A stretch of 63,708 nt of DNA, filler included, from Lenisia limosa (lineage: Eukaryota > Protista > Breviatea), in assembly GCA_001655205.1 (NCBI GenBank). It is 13 parts of 13 records of this genome, joined end to end, with 100 filler letters (N's around TTAATTAATTAA, not from the genome) between each part and the next. Parts side by side here need not be neighbours in the genome. Positions count along the whole stretch, not along the records: positions 1 to 15,087 come from LPNZ01011181.1; positions 15,188 to 22,494 come from LPNZ01009314.1; positions 22,595 to 24,118 come from LPNZ01002149.1; positions 24,219 to 25,276 come from LPNZ01000398.1; 9 more parts are not named here. One strand, 5' to 3'. Made by a program: the position numbers and the translations under genes. Positions 14,236 through 25,375 of the stretch are shown here, piece after piece (the first letter of the stretch is position 1; every line of letters begins with the position of its first letter). Below the pieces are notes generated by a model that ran no database searches, was not told the DNA's origin, and saw only the letters and a list, made by a program, of their open reading frames with translations.

Positions 14236-15087
14236 TTAGGCCACCTCAAGAAGAGCCAGTCACTGGTAAGTCGCTGGTGTCTCTCTTCTGTCAACCCCCT
14301 CCAGATCTCAACGGAATAGGTCGTCGCAAAACCGCCAAAACCACTCCCGCAAAGTCCTCCGTGTCTGTCACAAAGGGTAAGAATGCCACACCCAAGAAGA
14401 CTCCCGCAAAGGCCAAGGCGTCTCCCAAGCCTAAGGCCAAGGCCACCCCTGCCAAGAAAACCAAGCCTGAGACCCCCGCTAAGGTTAGAAGACTGGCAAA
14501 GATGAATGGATGGCCTCGGCTTTTTCACCTTTTGATTCAATAGGTGAAAGAGATGAAACAAGCTCTTCGCAAATCGAGAACCACCTCCACCAAGAAGCCT
14601 GCTGTCAAGCCAACAAAGGTGGAGGAACTGTTGTTTCTTGAATAATTAATCCATTTAACATTCAGAAATTTAATTGTTTTGGACTTTGAAAAAATAAATC
14701 TTATCATTCTATTTGGTTGATTTTGACCGCACTCACGACTAGTCCTCTAAGCCTATTGTGGTCGAGGAGCCGGAGGAGATTGAGGAGGAGGAGGATTCCA
14801 GCGAGGATGATGAAGACGCCGAGGTTTCAGAATCCTCTGATGAAGAGGTCTCTGTCCTGCCGCATAAGGCTAAGGCTGCTCAGAAGGTGTGAATCTTATT
14901 CTTTAGCATTGCTTCACAATATTTTCCTTGACGTATTTGGTTTCGCAGTAAATATTGGGCCTATATAGGCTGTAAGTCTTTTCATGCCCCCTAGAAGAAA
15001 GCAGCAAAGGAGGAAGTGGCCAAAAAGCAGCCCGTTTTCAAGAAGCCAGCCACTCCCAAAACCAAAGCTGGCAAGAAGAAGGCTGTT
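14236..15087 (+). CDS. Lys/Ala/Pro-rich protein with an acidic tract (nucleolin-N-terminus-like low-complexity region), truncated by scaffold end
   Basis: Exons GRRKTAKTTPAKSSVSVTKGKNATPKKTPAKAKASPKPKAK..., VKEMKQALRKSRTTSTKKPAVKPTK, PIVVEEPEEIEEEEDSSEDDEDAEVSESSDEE..., KKAAKEEVAKKQPVFKKPATPK, all with GT-AG boundaries. Confidence 0.6.
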
Positions 15088-15131
15088 NNNNNNNNNNNNN
15101 NNNNNNNNNNNNNNNNNNNNNNNNNNNNNNN

Positions 15132-15143
15132 TTAATTAATTAA
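15132..15143. other. Artificial scaffold-joining spacer TTAATTAATTAA (first of 12)
   Basis: The same 12-mer (stops in all six frames), embedded in N runs, starts at 15132, 22539, 24163, 25321, 28044, 30847, 32119, 42375, 46950, 51171, 56959 and 59003. Confidence 0.97.
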
Positions 15144-15187
15144 NNNNNNNNNNNNNNNNNNNNNNNNNNNNNNNNNNNNNNNNNNNN

Positions 15188-18100
15188 CCCCCCCCCTCCT
15201 ACGATATTGATGGTCATTCCAGTGAATGTTCCCGCAGCAAGATCGTTACGGTCAGACAAAACTGTGGTCGCGATATCGAGGTTCAAGTTGCTGTCACTGT
15301 GGGGTAAGAGTGATGCGAGGGAACTCCACAAGTATAATACATTGAAAGAGAACACTCGAAAATATGAGTAGTATTATATCTATTATGATAATACCTCCAA
15401 GTGTCAAGACCATCCGTACCACGCATTGGACACAACATTGCAGCCGATTACGCCGATGATAGCACCGTTGGTAAGATCAAAGATATCAGGCGGTGTCACC
15501 ATGACAGTGGCCTATGAGATGAGTCGGTTGGCATTACGTGTTGTAAGACGTAATGTACACAACGAGCAATCTCGGAAAATATTGAAACATGAGGAAAAAA
15601 CAAAAAAAAAAAAAGCAAGATACCACTATTCTGTTTATCAAGGTTGAATATTTCATCTTCAATTCAACCAACCATTCACCTATTATTATAATACATGACA
15701 TGTATCTTCAACAGCAACATGAACCCCCCTCCCCACATAGACAGAAGCGAACTTCTCAACGCTGAGGGCAGTGTTTCCTTTATTATAGGCTGAGACAGTA
15801 CCGAAGACAATACCGGATTTGAAAGACTGTGAAATGTGAGAACTTCCAGAGTAGAACATAAGGAACAAAAATATATCACACCATAATAGCTTAATGTGAT
15901 ATTCAAGGGAAGAATCATACAAGTGACAGTTGTTTAGAAGAAGACAGACACCCAGTTCACATTGTCAATATGGCTGACGAAGATGCCGGAATCAGAGATG
16001 GTGAACAGGCTGCCCGGAAAGGCGGTGGCTGCAGTATCGACAGTACCAAATGCTCCGCCGGCGTAGAGGGCTCCAGCTCCTATTTCAATGGAGCCTGTGA
16101 CTTGGATGCCTTCGAAGTTCATGTCAACTAGTCCGGCAGAGGCGTATCCTGTAAGGGTTGTCCGTGAGATGGAAATCGACGACTCTTTTATGCTATCCTA
16201 TATATACTCTTTGAAACAAAGTCAAATTTAAGACCCTAAAATCCTCTGTTATGAAATAACTTGACGTGTATCAGATCAAGTCAATACAATGTGGTGAAGA
16301 AGGAAAGTATGAGTGCGAAATTCAGTGTCAAAAATGTAGAAGGAACAGGCAACCCCTCCAAAACCCCAGCAATGTGATACAATCCCAGCTTGCCTACCAA
16401 CAATACCACCAATCGAAGCCCCAAGGGTGGCAAAAATATTGATATTCACTACGGTATGCTGAATGGTTGTGGTCCCCTGAGCTGTGCCGATAATACCACC
16501 AACGCCATGGTGATCTCCGGACTGGAACGTCAAATACCTTACAAACGACAGAAAGGAAAATACAGCTTCTGGGAAACCAAAACCTGCCGTCAGACCATAG
16601 TTGAGACCCACTTACCAAGTCAGGCATGGAGTTTGAGAAGGTTGTACTAACATGACAATTGCTTATCTGATAGAAATGAGGGAGGAAAGATATGTCACCA
16701 TTAGAACACCCCGTGTTAATATGTTACTATACTCCTCAAGAAAATCCACAAAACAGGCAATTGAATGATTGGTCATGAGATGGTATGTTATTACTGCTCT
16801 TTTGTGCCTTTTACAACAATCAGTATTTCATATCATGCTTTTTGTAGACAATCTGCATATTCTGGTACCTACAACAGCGGAAGCGGATGGCTTGACTTCA
16901 GCGATGACACCACCCGATGCCTCGTGCATTCCAATGTCACCCTTGACTGAGATTCTTGACTGCGGTACGAATTAGAATATGGATCAATCACTCTTTTAAA
17001 AACTTTACTCGGGCCAAAAAAGGATAGAAACCAATTATGAAAGCTGTCCCCCCCCCCCCCCNNNNNNNNNNNNNNNNNNNNNNNNNNNNNNNNNNNNNNN
17101 NNNNNNNNNNNNNNNNNNNNNNNNNNNNNNNNNNNNNNNNNNNNNNNNNNNNNNNNNNNNNNNNNNNNNNNNNNNNNNNNNNNNNNNNNNNNNNNNNNNN
17201 NNNNNNNNNNNNNNNNNNNNNNNNNNNNNNNNNNNNNNNNNNNNNNNNNNNNNNNNNNNNNNNNNNNNNNNNNNNNNNNNNNNNNNNNNNNNNNNNNNNN
17301 NNNNNNNNNNNNNNNNNNNNNNNNNNNNNNNNNNAACAGCAGTCATGCGACTCGACATAAATAGAAATTGACTCGATCCTTTCATCTGAAGCCGTTAGAA
17401 TACAGAGAACGTTTTATCGTGATCTATGTTCTGTGGGTTTGCTAAACTCCATTCGTTTGATGAGACCGGGAGCATCCACAAGACAAGTTCATATATATTT
17501 CTCAAATCTGTTGCTTGTAAAGCAAACAGCATTAAAGCAAAAAAAAAAAAAAAAACNNNNNNNNNNNNNNNNNNNNNNNNNNNNNNNNNNNNNNNNNNNN
17601 NNNNNNNNNNNNNNNNNNNNNNNNNNNNNNNNNNNNNNNNTTTGTTTTAAACATTAGTAAATCTCTCCAAATAAATATCCTTCTCTTCAAGTAACAGTCA
17701 GTACGAAAACCAATAATCTCACCGCCCACATTAGCAACAATACCCGCAGTAAAGATTGCATTTGATGTGACGTCGAAATCGGAATTCTCAATTAACAAAA
17801 TGCCCATGCCATCAATGGATGCAGCAATGGTAGCAATCTGCAAGGTAAACCAGATGTCAGGTGCCACAACGCGAAAAATCAACAAAGTAGTCTATCCAAA
17901 TCTAACTCTTGAGACTATTTGAACTGAATTACTACCCCTCCCTTCAGCTAATCATGACATACCCCACCCCTCCCAACAGGCACGAGGAAGTCGCCACTGA
18001 GTTCAGCTCTCGCCCGCATGTTCCGAATCTTCACTTCTCCATTGATAGTTCCGAAGAGGCCAGCGTCTGAGACAGTCAGAGAATTGGACCAAAGAATAGC

Positions 18101-18830
18101 AAAAAAATGCTCAGCTCAAACAAGGTCGAGCAGTATGTCGCAAATATTGTCAAATACGGACCATTGGACTGTTGCTTACACATATTGCTGTCGCCTAGCG
18201 TACTGCGTGTAAGCCTTAAGTCCAACTCAACGTCATCTAAGTATACCTGAAGCGATTATTATGAGGGATGAAAACTGCAGCAAACTGATAAGGTACATTT
18301 GTAGCGACAGAAATCCTTCAGCTTGTATTTTATTTCTCATTGCTACGTCCTTTTCTAACACCAGAAACCTTGCTTGCAGCAGGAACGGTTGTGAGCAGGG
18401 CACCGACAGGGACCGATCCGGTGACGGTTACTACACAAATCATCATTTATTACTAGTACTCACATACATATAGTAGCAAGTAGAAATGAAATGAAAAACG
18501 AAGATAATTATGTATTTTCTCACTGAACGCCTCTTACCGTCATGGAAGACAAGCCTCATGTTTCTCAGCTTTAGGATGGAATTGGTATTTAAAACAAAGA
18601 GCGAAGACTTGAGTGTTAAAGTGATTGGAAAAGCAAACGAAACTACAACAGAAAAGCTATTAACAAATCACATCCCATTCTGTTAATCACATCCCATTAT
18701 GTTAATTATTTACACAGAAGTGCTAGCTACTATGAAACTGTATTCTGGGAGACCCTCTTACGAGGCCGCCTCCATAGAAGATAATCTCATTTCCGTTACC
18801 GTCAATTTCCAGGGTAGAATTGGCCTAAAG
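15188..18830 (-). CDS. GLUG-motif-type beta-rich surface protein (multi-exon; may be continuous with the next feature)
   Basis: Exons ANSTLEIDGNGNEII, DAGLFGTINGEVKIRNM, GILLIENSDFDVTSNAIFTAGIVANVGG, GVGGIIGTAQGTTTIQHTVVNINIFATLGASIGGIVG, IQVTGSIEIGAGALYAGGAFG. The DGNG, AGLFG and GGIVG motifs resemble GLUG-repeat proteins. Confidence 0.5.
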
Positions 18831-18999
18831 CACATGACTTAAAAGGAGGAAACATACTGTTTGATATCATGTTTACAATGGAATATTGAGTAAAATTGTA
18901 TATTATTTGATTCAAACATATAATATCTAATGACATTGAATGAGGGAGTAAAACTAAATAGTATGCCGAATGATAGTAACGTTAACATGGACAACAGTG

Positions 19000-21900
19000 C
19001 TCCACCAATGTCATAACTCAAACCGACCACTTGATCCCCCTCCCCACAGGTACAGTAACCTGTCCAAAGCTAGACTTGATGGTCACCCCCCTGTCCAATT
19101 GAATTGTGCCTAATGAGAAAGGGAACGCTGAGGCTCGAACTACACAGTGAAACATTGCACCTTATAGTTAGCGATCCTTTTTGTATTGATCCATTCGCCA
19201 AATAGGATTTCAAGACGGCTAGATCCCTTCACCTCCCCAATTGCACTTGTCTGGCCGGAAATACGACACACCAGGGTCACATGTCTGGCTATGGATGTCA
19301 AAGCTATCGTTATACGGAGTTATGTGGGGAAAAAAATAATAATCAAAATGGGATCGCATTTCAGAAAACAGAAATCGTCTCCTATTTGGCTAAGAAAGAA
19401 AAGTGAACTTTGGGACTTCATCATATAATTATATCATGGTATAATTATATAGTATAAGTATAATATACATATGACATATCTAACAATATATAGATGTAAT
19501 TTGGAGATGGGTTGCTGAGCCCCCAAAATGTATAGCACGATATAAATAATACACCTCGTGACACGAATATTGAGCTTTATCTCCATTCAATCGTGTTAGG
19601 ACTTATCGAGGGCAGTGAAACTGTAACAACGCCTCTTACCTGTAGAGAAACGACACCTCATTCATCGGACAGTTGTAGTTGAGTTGAAGTGGCCCCATAT
19701 TCATGCCGTTAACTCCCGCTCCAATCACAAACTTGTCGAAGAGAGAAGTATCACAGGGTGCTACAGGATAGGGGATAAGAGTTAATCATCAGGTGACAAT
19801 GAAACAACAAAACAGCCTGTTTAATGTTGCTGAATCCCATTTCGTCAGGAGGGACAAAACTCTGTGCTCAAATCACGCAACCCCCCCCCCCCAAAGAATA
19901 TGAAGAATGGAGAGGNNNNNNNNNNNNNNNNNNNNNNNNNNNNNNNNNNNNNNNNNNNNNNNNNNNNNNNNNNNNNNNNNNNNNNNNNNNNNNNNNNNNN
20001 NNNNNNNNNCATCGAGAGCATCGGTTGAGGGAACAAGGCCATCACCACAACCTTGGTAGCAGTATTCGGCTCTGACAAAAGGATCCGTCACCGTCAGGGC
20101 TGGGCCAAACTCAAGCTATGGGGTGTGAGTGTCATCAATAGCTTCTGGCGTTCTTCTACAGTCTCCCGAAAAAATGAGGGAATTGATACCCCCGTATATT
20201 TATTCGAAATGAACACCTCATCCCCGCAACCTGGCATCCCTTGTGGTTGCTCTGAGTAACAAGGTCGCTTTGTTCCTTGCAATTGACACACATGCCAGTG
20301 AGACCCGAAAAAGCTGCAACTGCCGTTCCCTGCTCCGTTACAACATGGCTTTATTACTGCATTTTGGTGGCGTATTATTAGAACAAAACAATAATGCAAA
20401 AATATAAATAAGAAAAAGCAGAAGAGAAGGCCCAACAGTATATCAATCACCTGCAAGAACCAGCGTCAAATCCCCACACGAACCCACTTTGGGGGAGAAG
20501 GCACTTGTTTTGCGAACAACAAAGTTGGTGGTTGCCGGAAAAGTGCCTTCGGTAACAATCTAAAAGAGAACGGTCAAGGCACATAACGATATCAATATCA
20601 TACTATTTTTGAAGCTATCACGGGATTTTCAAACTGAAGCAAATCTGAATCCCATGTACAGCCTCCCTCCCTCCCAATACACAGGAACAAGTGAAACCGC
20701 GACTCACGGTGAGGTCACGAGCAAAACCTGCAAAGGCACCGCACCATCCTCTCCGGTCGTGACAGTACACTAAAACATGATGAATGGTTGACGGCTTCTT
20801 CAAGTAGTGTGTTGAGGGTCAGCTTAAGAACACTACATGTAAGGGCGTATAAAAAAGGAATTCGAAACAAAAAAAAACATAGAAGACCAATTGAGGAGTG
20901 CAGAAAAAAAAAGATGAGACAAAAAAAAGTTGAGGAATGCGTACCGGACGTCTGCTTGAAGCTCGAGTTGATAATATGAAGGAAGCCGCCCTGAATGGTT
21001 AGGTAAGAAAAGTCCATTTTTTAAGCCATCATATGTAATGTACGATCTTATTAACTAGTAACTGAATGATACATGTAAGTGATAATAATATGCCATATAC
21101 ATATCTATCTGATAGTATGATATCATATAATACTATACATATATCCATAATATCACCCCCCCCCCCNNNNNNNNNNNNNNNNNNNNNNNNNNNNNNNNNN
21201 NNNNNNNNNNNNNNNNNNNNNNNNNNNNNNNNNNNNNNNNNNNNNCTCAACTGCAAGGTTAGAAGTGTCGACACAGCCATTGGTGTCGACCACCATGATA
21301 GCATTTATTTTGAGAGATCGAAAAGAGAATCTAATATATATTATAGCCTTAGTGAAGAATAAAACACACCCCATGCAACACCGCAAAACACGCCCCATGC
21401 AACACCGCAGAACACACCCCATGCAACACCGCAAAACACACCCCATGCAACACCGCGTATTACCGCCAGTCACCTTTAGAGTCCTGGAAATGTGCGTTTT
21501 GGATGGTGACCTTATAGCCGAATGGGTTAGTCCACAATGGAGCCTAAGGAATAGTAAGATAAATCAACCAGTTCAAATGATAGATTTTTGCCCCTCCCAC
21601 CCATCATTCTCCTATTATTAGTTGGTTCTTATATTTACTGCAGCCACCCTACTGTTGTCGCCAAAACGATTGGATAGCCATTAGCTTCAATGAAGACATC
21701 ACCTTGCTGAATGGTCACGAGTTCGTAAGGCGTATGATACAATCATCTTGGTGTAAAAAAAAAAAAAATACGCAAAAATGTTATCTTGAAAAAAGAAAAG
21801 AAAAATAACGCCACACTAAACTACGAGTATCCCATGGCTGTTGCTNNNNNNNNNNNNNNNNNNNNNNNNNNNNNNNNNNNNNNNNNNNNNNNNNNNNNNN

Positions 21901-22239
21901 NNNNNNNNNNNNNNNNNNNNNNNNNNNNNNNNNNNNNNNNNNNNNNNNNNNNGAGTGTCTGCCAGGGAAAGAGAACCTCTTGATATTAGCAAGTCACATA
22001 CTGCGGTGTCAGAAAGAAGGGGTGTTAAAGCAGGTAAACATCGTCATGTACAAAGAAGGTAAATGCAATAAAAGCCAAGAATAACAAGAAAGAAATATAT
22101 GCGCCTCCTAGGGCTTACCCCGTTCTACTCATTCAAAAAACAAACCTGTTCCGATGTTTTCCCATTTACCGGCAGCAGCTTGGCAAAAGATTGCCGCAAA
22201 CAGCAGATAGATACATCCGCAATTCAGCGGAACGCGCAT
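19000..22239 (-). CDS. Secreted protein N-terminal region (signal peptide, CGDG Cys motif)
   Basis: First exon MRVPLNCGCIYLLFAAIFCQAAA (ATG at 22239, then a GTAAAT donor) looks like a signal peptide. Later exons: YELVTIQQGDVFIEANGYPIV, IVTEGTFPATTNFVVRK, YCYQGCGDGLVPSTDALD. Confidence 0.45.
21361..21456. repeat. 24-bp minisatellite, 4 copies
   Basis: Unit AAAACACACCCCATGCAACACCGC repeated four times with 1-nt variants. Confidence 0.9.
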
Positions 22240-22594
22240 AGTGGTCAAAACCAAATAAACACCAAAAACTATCTATTGGGGTCGGGAAACTACCCCGTAA
22301 GAAGAGATGAAAATCTAAGAATTTCTTGTTCTCCGTGTTGCCGATGCGTCTACCGTTATTAGTTGACAAAAAAGAGCAAAAGCGCAAAAGCCGAGAAGCC
22401 GATGGGATCTGGACAGAGGAGGAGGGAGGAGAGAGCAGGGGGCCACAGACCTGGGGATTTTGAAGATCCCCAGATCTCTGACAGATCTCTGACANNNNNN
22501 NNNNNNNNNNNNNNNNNNNNNNNNNNNNNNNNNNNNNNTTAATTAATTAANNNNNNNNNNNNNNNNNNNNNNNNNNNNNNNNNNNNNNNNNNNN

Positions 22595-24118
22595 ACCGGT
22601 GACGTAGTTATCACCGTATCCAGTGTCACAGACACACTAAAAAGGTTAGTACTAAGGACAATGTATTACCACATCATATGATATGGACATGTGATAGGAT
22701 ATAATGCATAATAAGCTATGTCATATCATGCCTTGCCTTAATAAGCTCCACCACCCACCTCGCCCTCGACACATGTGCCGTGTCCGGAGCAGTTATCAGG
22801 ACACGCTGCGTATTGACACGCGTTTCCAGTGTAGTCAGGGGGGCACTGGCATTCACCGCAGGAGCACTGGAGGGTAACGTTGGAAAATTTATGAGAAGAG
22901 GAAAAAGCCCCAAAATCAACACTGGCAAGCAGTACGAAGGTGACGGTTATGGTGACACACACAGGTGATGGCTAGCAACACACGAAGACGATGGCTAATA
23001 ACACACGAAGATGATGGCTAGCAACACGAAGGTGATGGTTAGCAACACACGAAGGTGATGGTTATGGTGACACACGAGTTTGATGGCCATGGTGATAAAT
23101 CAGTACGAAAACACCTGGTATAACATCGATAATATCCAGTTCACCAAAAAAAATTTTATCAATCTTGACGAGGTCATCACTTCTATCCCAGAGAAACTGA
23201 AGTCTCGATGATATAGTCAATCTTTCCACCNNNNNNNNNNNNNNNNNNNNNNNNNNNNNNNNNNNNNNNNNNNNNNNNNNNNNNNNNNNNNNNNNNNNNN
23301 NNNNNNNNNNNNNNNNNNNNNNNNNNNNNNNNNNNNNNNNNNNNNNNNNNNNNNGACAGACAGCGTCAGCGTTACAGCCGCAGTCGTAGTTGCCTAATAA
23401 TGTAAGTCTGGATTAACATTCAGAAAAACGAACCGTCTTGAAAAATAATTCCCCTCTTACCACCGGTGTGGGCCCAACCAGCGTCACAGGTGCACTTTCC
23501 GCACTCGCAAGTTCCATGGCTACAGGATGAGTATTAATAAAACCCAGAGACAAACAATGTTACGGAGAAAGGGGGGGAGGGGGGATCTGATTGAAGCCGT
23601 CCCCTCAATCACATTTGTGATAGAAAAATTATTCTTTGGAAACAGAAGAAAAATTTGACATTTGTCGAACCCCAGAGCCCCTCAATAAAGCAGAGTCACA
23701 CCCCCTCCCCACCCAGAGCACGGGGTTGCTCCTTCGCACTCGGGAACGAACGTACAGCTGCATTCCGAGAGGAGGTTGACGGTCACGCGGAAGTCTCCCC
23801 AACCAAGGGCGGCGATGACGACTATTGGGGTAAGTCAATAGATACATGAAAAAATAGGGCTTCACTTCGGTTCGAAAAAGACTCAATTTCTCGATAAATC
23901 CTCGTTCAATTAATTTTCCCGGTCTTTTTCGAACCGAAGTGAAGCCCTATGTATAAACATCAACTGACCACCACTCCCGGAAGTTGACCCTCTCCCCCAC
24001 CCGAAGTTGAAGAAACGCCAGTAGGGAAGCTATCAGCCTTGAGCACGATCGAGACGCTGGTCTCAGCATTGTGTGAGGTGGCCACCTCGGTGCTGGGAGA
24101 GACGGATTGGACAAGCTG
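22595..24118 (-). CDS. Integrin-beta-like / EGF-repeat surface protein (partial)
   Basis: Exons VVVIAALGWGDFRVTVNLLSECSCTFVPECEGATPCS, HGTCECGKCTCDAGWAHT, GNYDCGCNADAVC, CSCGECQCPPDYTGNACQYAACPDNCSGHGTCVEGE, CVCDTGYG. The CxC after a beta-strand, followed by G.C.CG.C.C..GW, matches the integrin beta hybrid/I-EGF junction. Confidence 0.65.
22932..23095. repeat. Degenerate ~23-bp intronic minisatellite (~7 copies)
   Basis: Unit approximately GAAGGTGATGGCTAGCAACACAC, with variants. Confidence 0.8.
23855..23949. mobile_element. MITE family A (hAT-like)
   Basis: Near-perfect TIR TAGGGCTTCACTTCGGTTCGAAAAAGAC / GTCTTTTTCGAACCGAAGTGAAGCCCTA. Confidence 0.9.
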
Positions 24119-24245
24119 NNNNNNNNNNNNNNNNNNNNNNNNNNNNNNNNNNNNNNNNNNNNTTAATTAATTAANNNNNNNNNNNNNNNNNNNNNNNNNN
24201 NNNNNNNNNNNNNNNNNNGCAAATCCAACAGACAAGTCATAAATA

Positions 24246-24331
24246 CAGTGACCAGGATAAGTCTTGACCGATTTGCTCTATGAATTCCCAAGAAAAATTG
24301 GTCAAGACTGTTCCCGGTCTCCCGGTCACTG
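24246..24331. mobile_element. MITE family B (Tc1/mariner-like)
   Basis: TA-CAGTGACCAGGATAAGTCTTGACC...CCCGGTCACTG-TA. Confidence 0.85.
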
Positions 24332-24460
24332 TACATGATAATCAAAACTCAGCAAAGACAGCACCCGTACTTAAATGTGCAAAATCTGACGCTTTGATTA
24401 TAAGACAGTATTGGGTTGCAAATCCAGCAGACAAGGAATAAACACATTCAAAACTCAGCA

Positions 24461-24560
24461 TAGGGCTTCCCTACGATCCAAAAAAGACCGTTTAAATATC
24501 GATATTTATCGAGGATATATCGAGAAATTCGGTCTGTTTTGGGACCATAGGGATCTCCTA
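24461..24560. mobile_element. MITE family A variant
   Basis: TAGGGCTTCCCTACGATCC...GGGACCATAGGGATCTCCTA, flanked by CTCAGCA on both sides. Confidence 0.8.
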
Positions 24561-25167
24561 CTCAGCAATAACAGCGTCAGTACTTAAATGTGCAAAATCT
24601 GACGCTATGATTATTTCAGATTTAGTTTGCCAAACGATAAGACTATTCCAAAAGAGGCACAGACCTGGGCCTGTTGTATCTTTTGAACTTCTCAGCCGCC
24701 TTCACAATGGCAGGGCAGAGATAGGTCTGGGGGTGATGATGAAATAGCAGGTTCAAAAAAAGGAAATATTTCAAGGACGTGTAAGTGAGGTGAGGCGAGG
24801 GGGAGGGGGGTTCAAATATAACAAAAAACAAAAAGTTCAAAATCAACTCTGTTGTAAAACGAAGCTTGGGTTTTCGTTCATCATTTCGACTCTAAAGTCG
24901 GTCATATTATCATATCACTTATGGAAATATGGTAAGAAATAGTGATGTAACTACTGGTAGTGGTGGGGGTGAAGAAAAAGAATGATAGGGGAAAAATACG
25001 ATTTGGCTAAGAGGAAGCTACTGCGTCATTTTAGATGAGCTATGTGGAGATCCCAACAGAATCATGATGTGAAGGTTGAATATAATCTGTTTAATTTATA
25101 GAACCAAAATTACGTGACCAAAAAGTACCCACCCGTCCCCCAGATTTGCATAAAGTAACCCTAACCC

Positions 25168-25266
25168 TAGAGCTTCACTTCGGTTCAAAAAAGACTGAAT
25201 ATTTCGATAAATCCTCGAAAACTATCGATATTTCCCCGGAATTTTTCAAACTGAAGTGAAGCCCAA
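25168..25266. mobile_element. MITE family A
   Basis: Same TIRs and internal ATCGATA/AATCCTCG core; no TSD recognisable. Confidence 0.8.
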
Positions 25267-25375
25267 GGCACCCCCCNNNNNNNNNNNNNNNNNNNNNNNN
25301 NNNNNNNNNNNNNNNNNNNNTTAATTAATTAANNNNNNNNNNNNNNNNNNNNNNNNNNNNNNNNNNNNNNNNNNN

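Noticed and set aside
14277-14543. Histone H1
   Set aside because: Only K/A/P low-complexity sequence plus an acidic tract; no winged-helix globular domain is visible.
15088-15187. TTAATTAATTAA motif repeated 12 times as a biological signal, and gene neighbourhoods across it
   Set aside because: It is always embedded in N runs and has stops in all frames: an assembly concatenation linker. Adjacency across it is meaningless.
21361-23095. Short repeat arrays (21361-21456, 22932-23095) as CRISPR arrays
   Set aside because: They are head-to-tail units with no unique spacers, in eukaryotic introns, with no cas genes; they are minisatellites.
25156-25168. TAACCCTAACCC as a telomeric repeat
   Set aside because: Only two units, next to a MITE and not at a true chromosome end.
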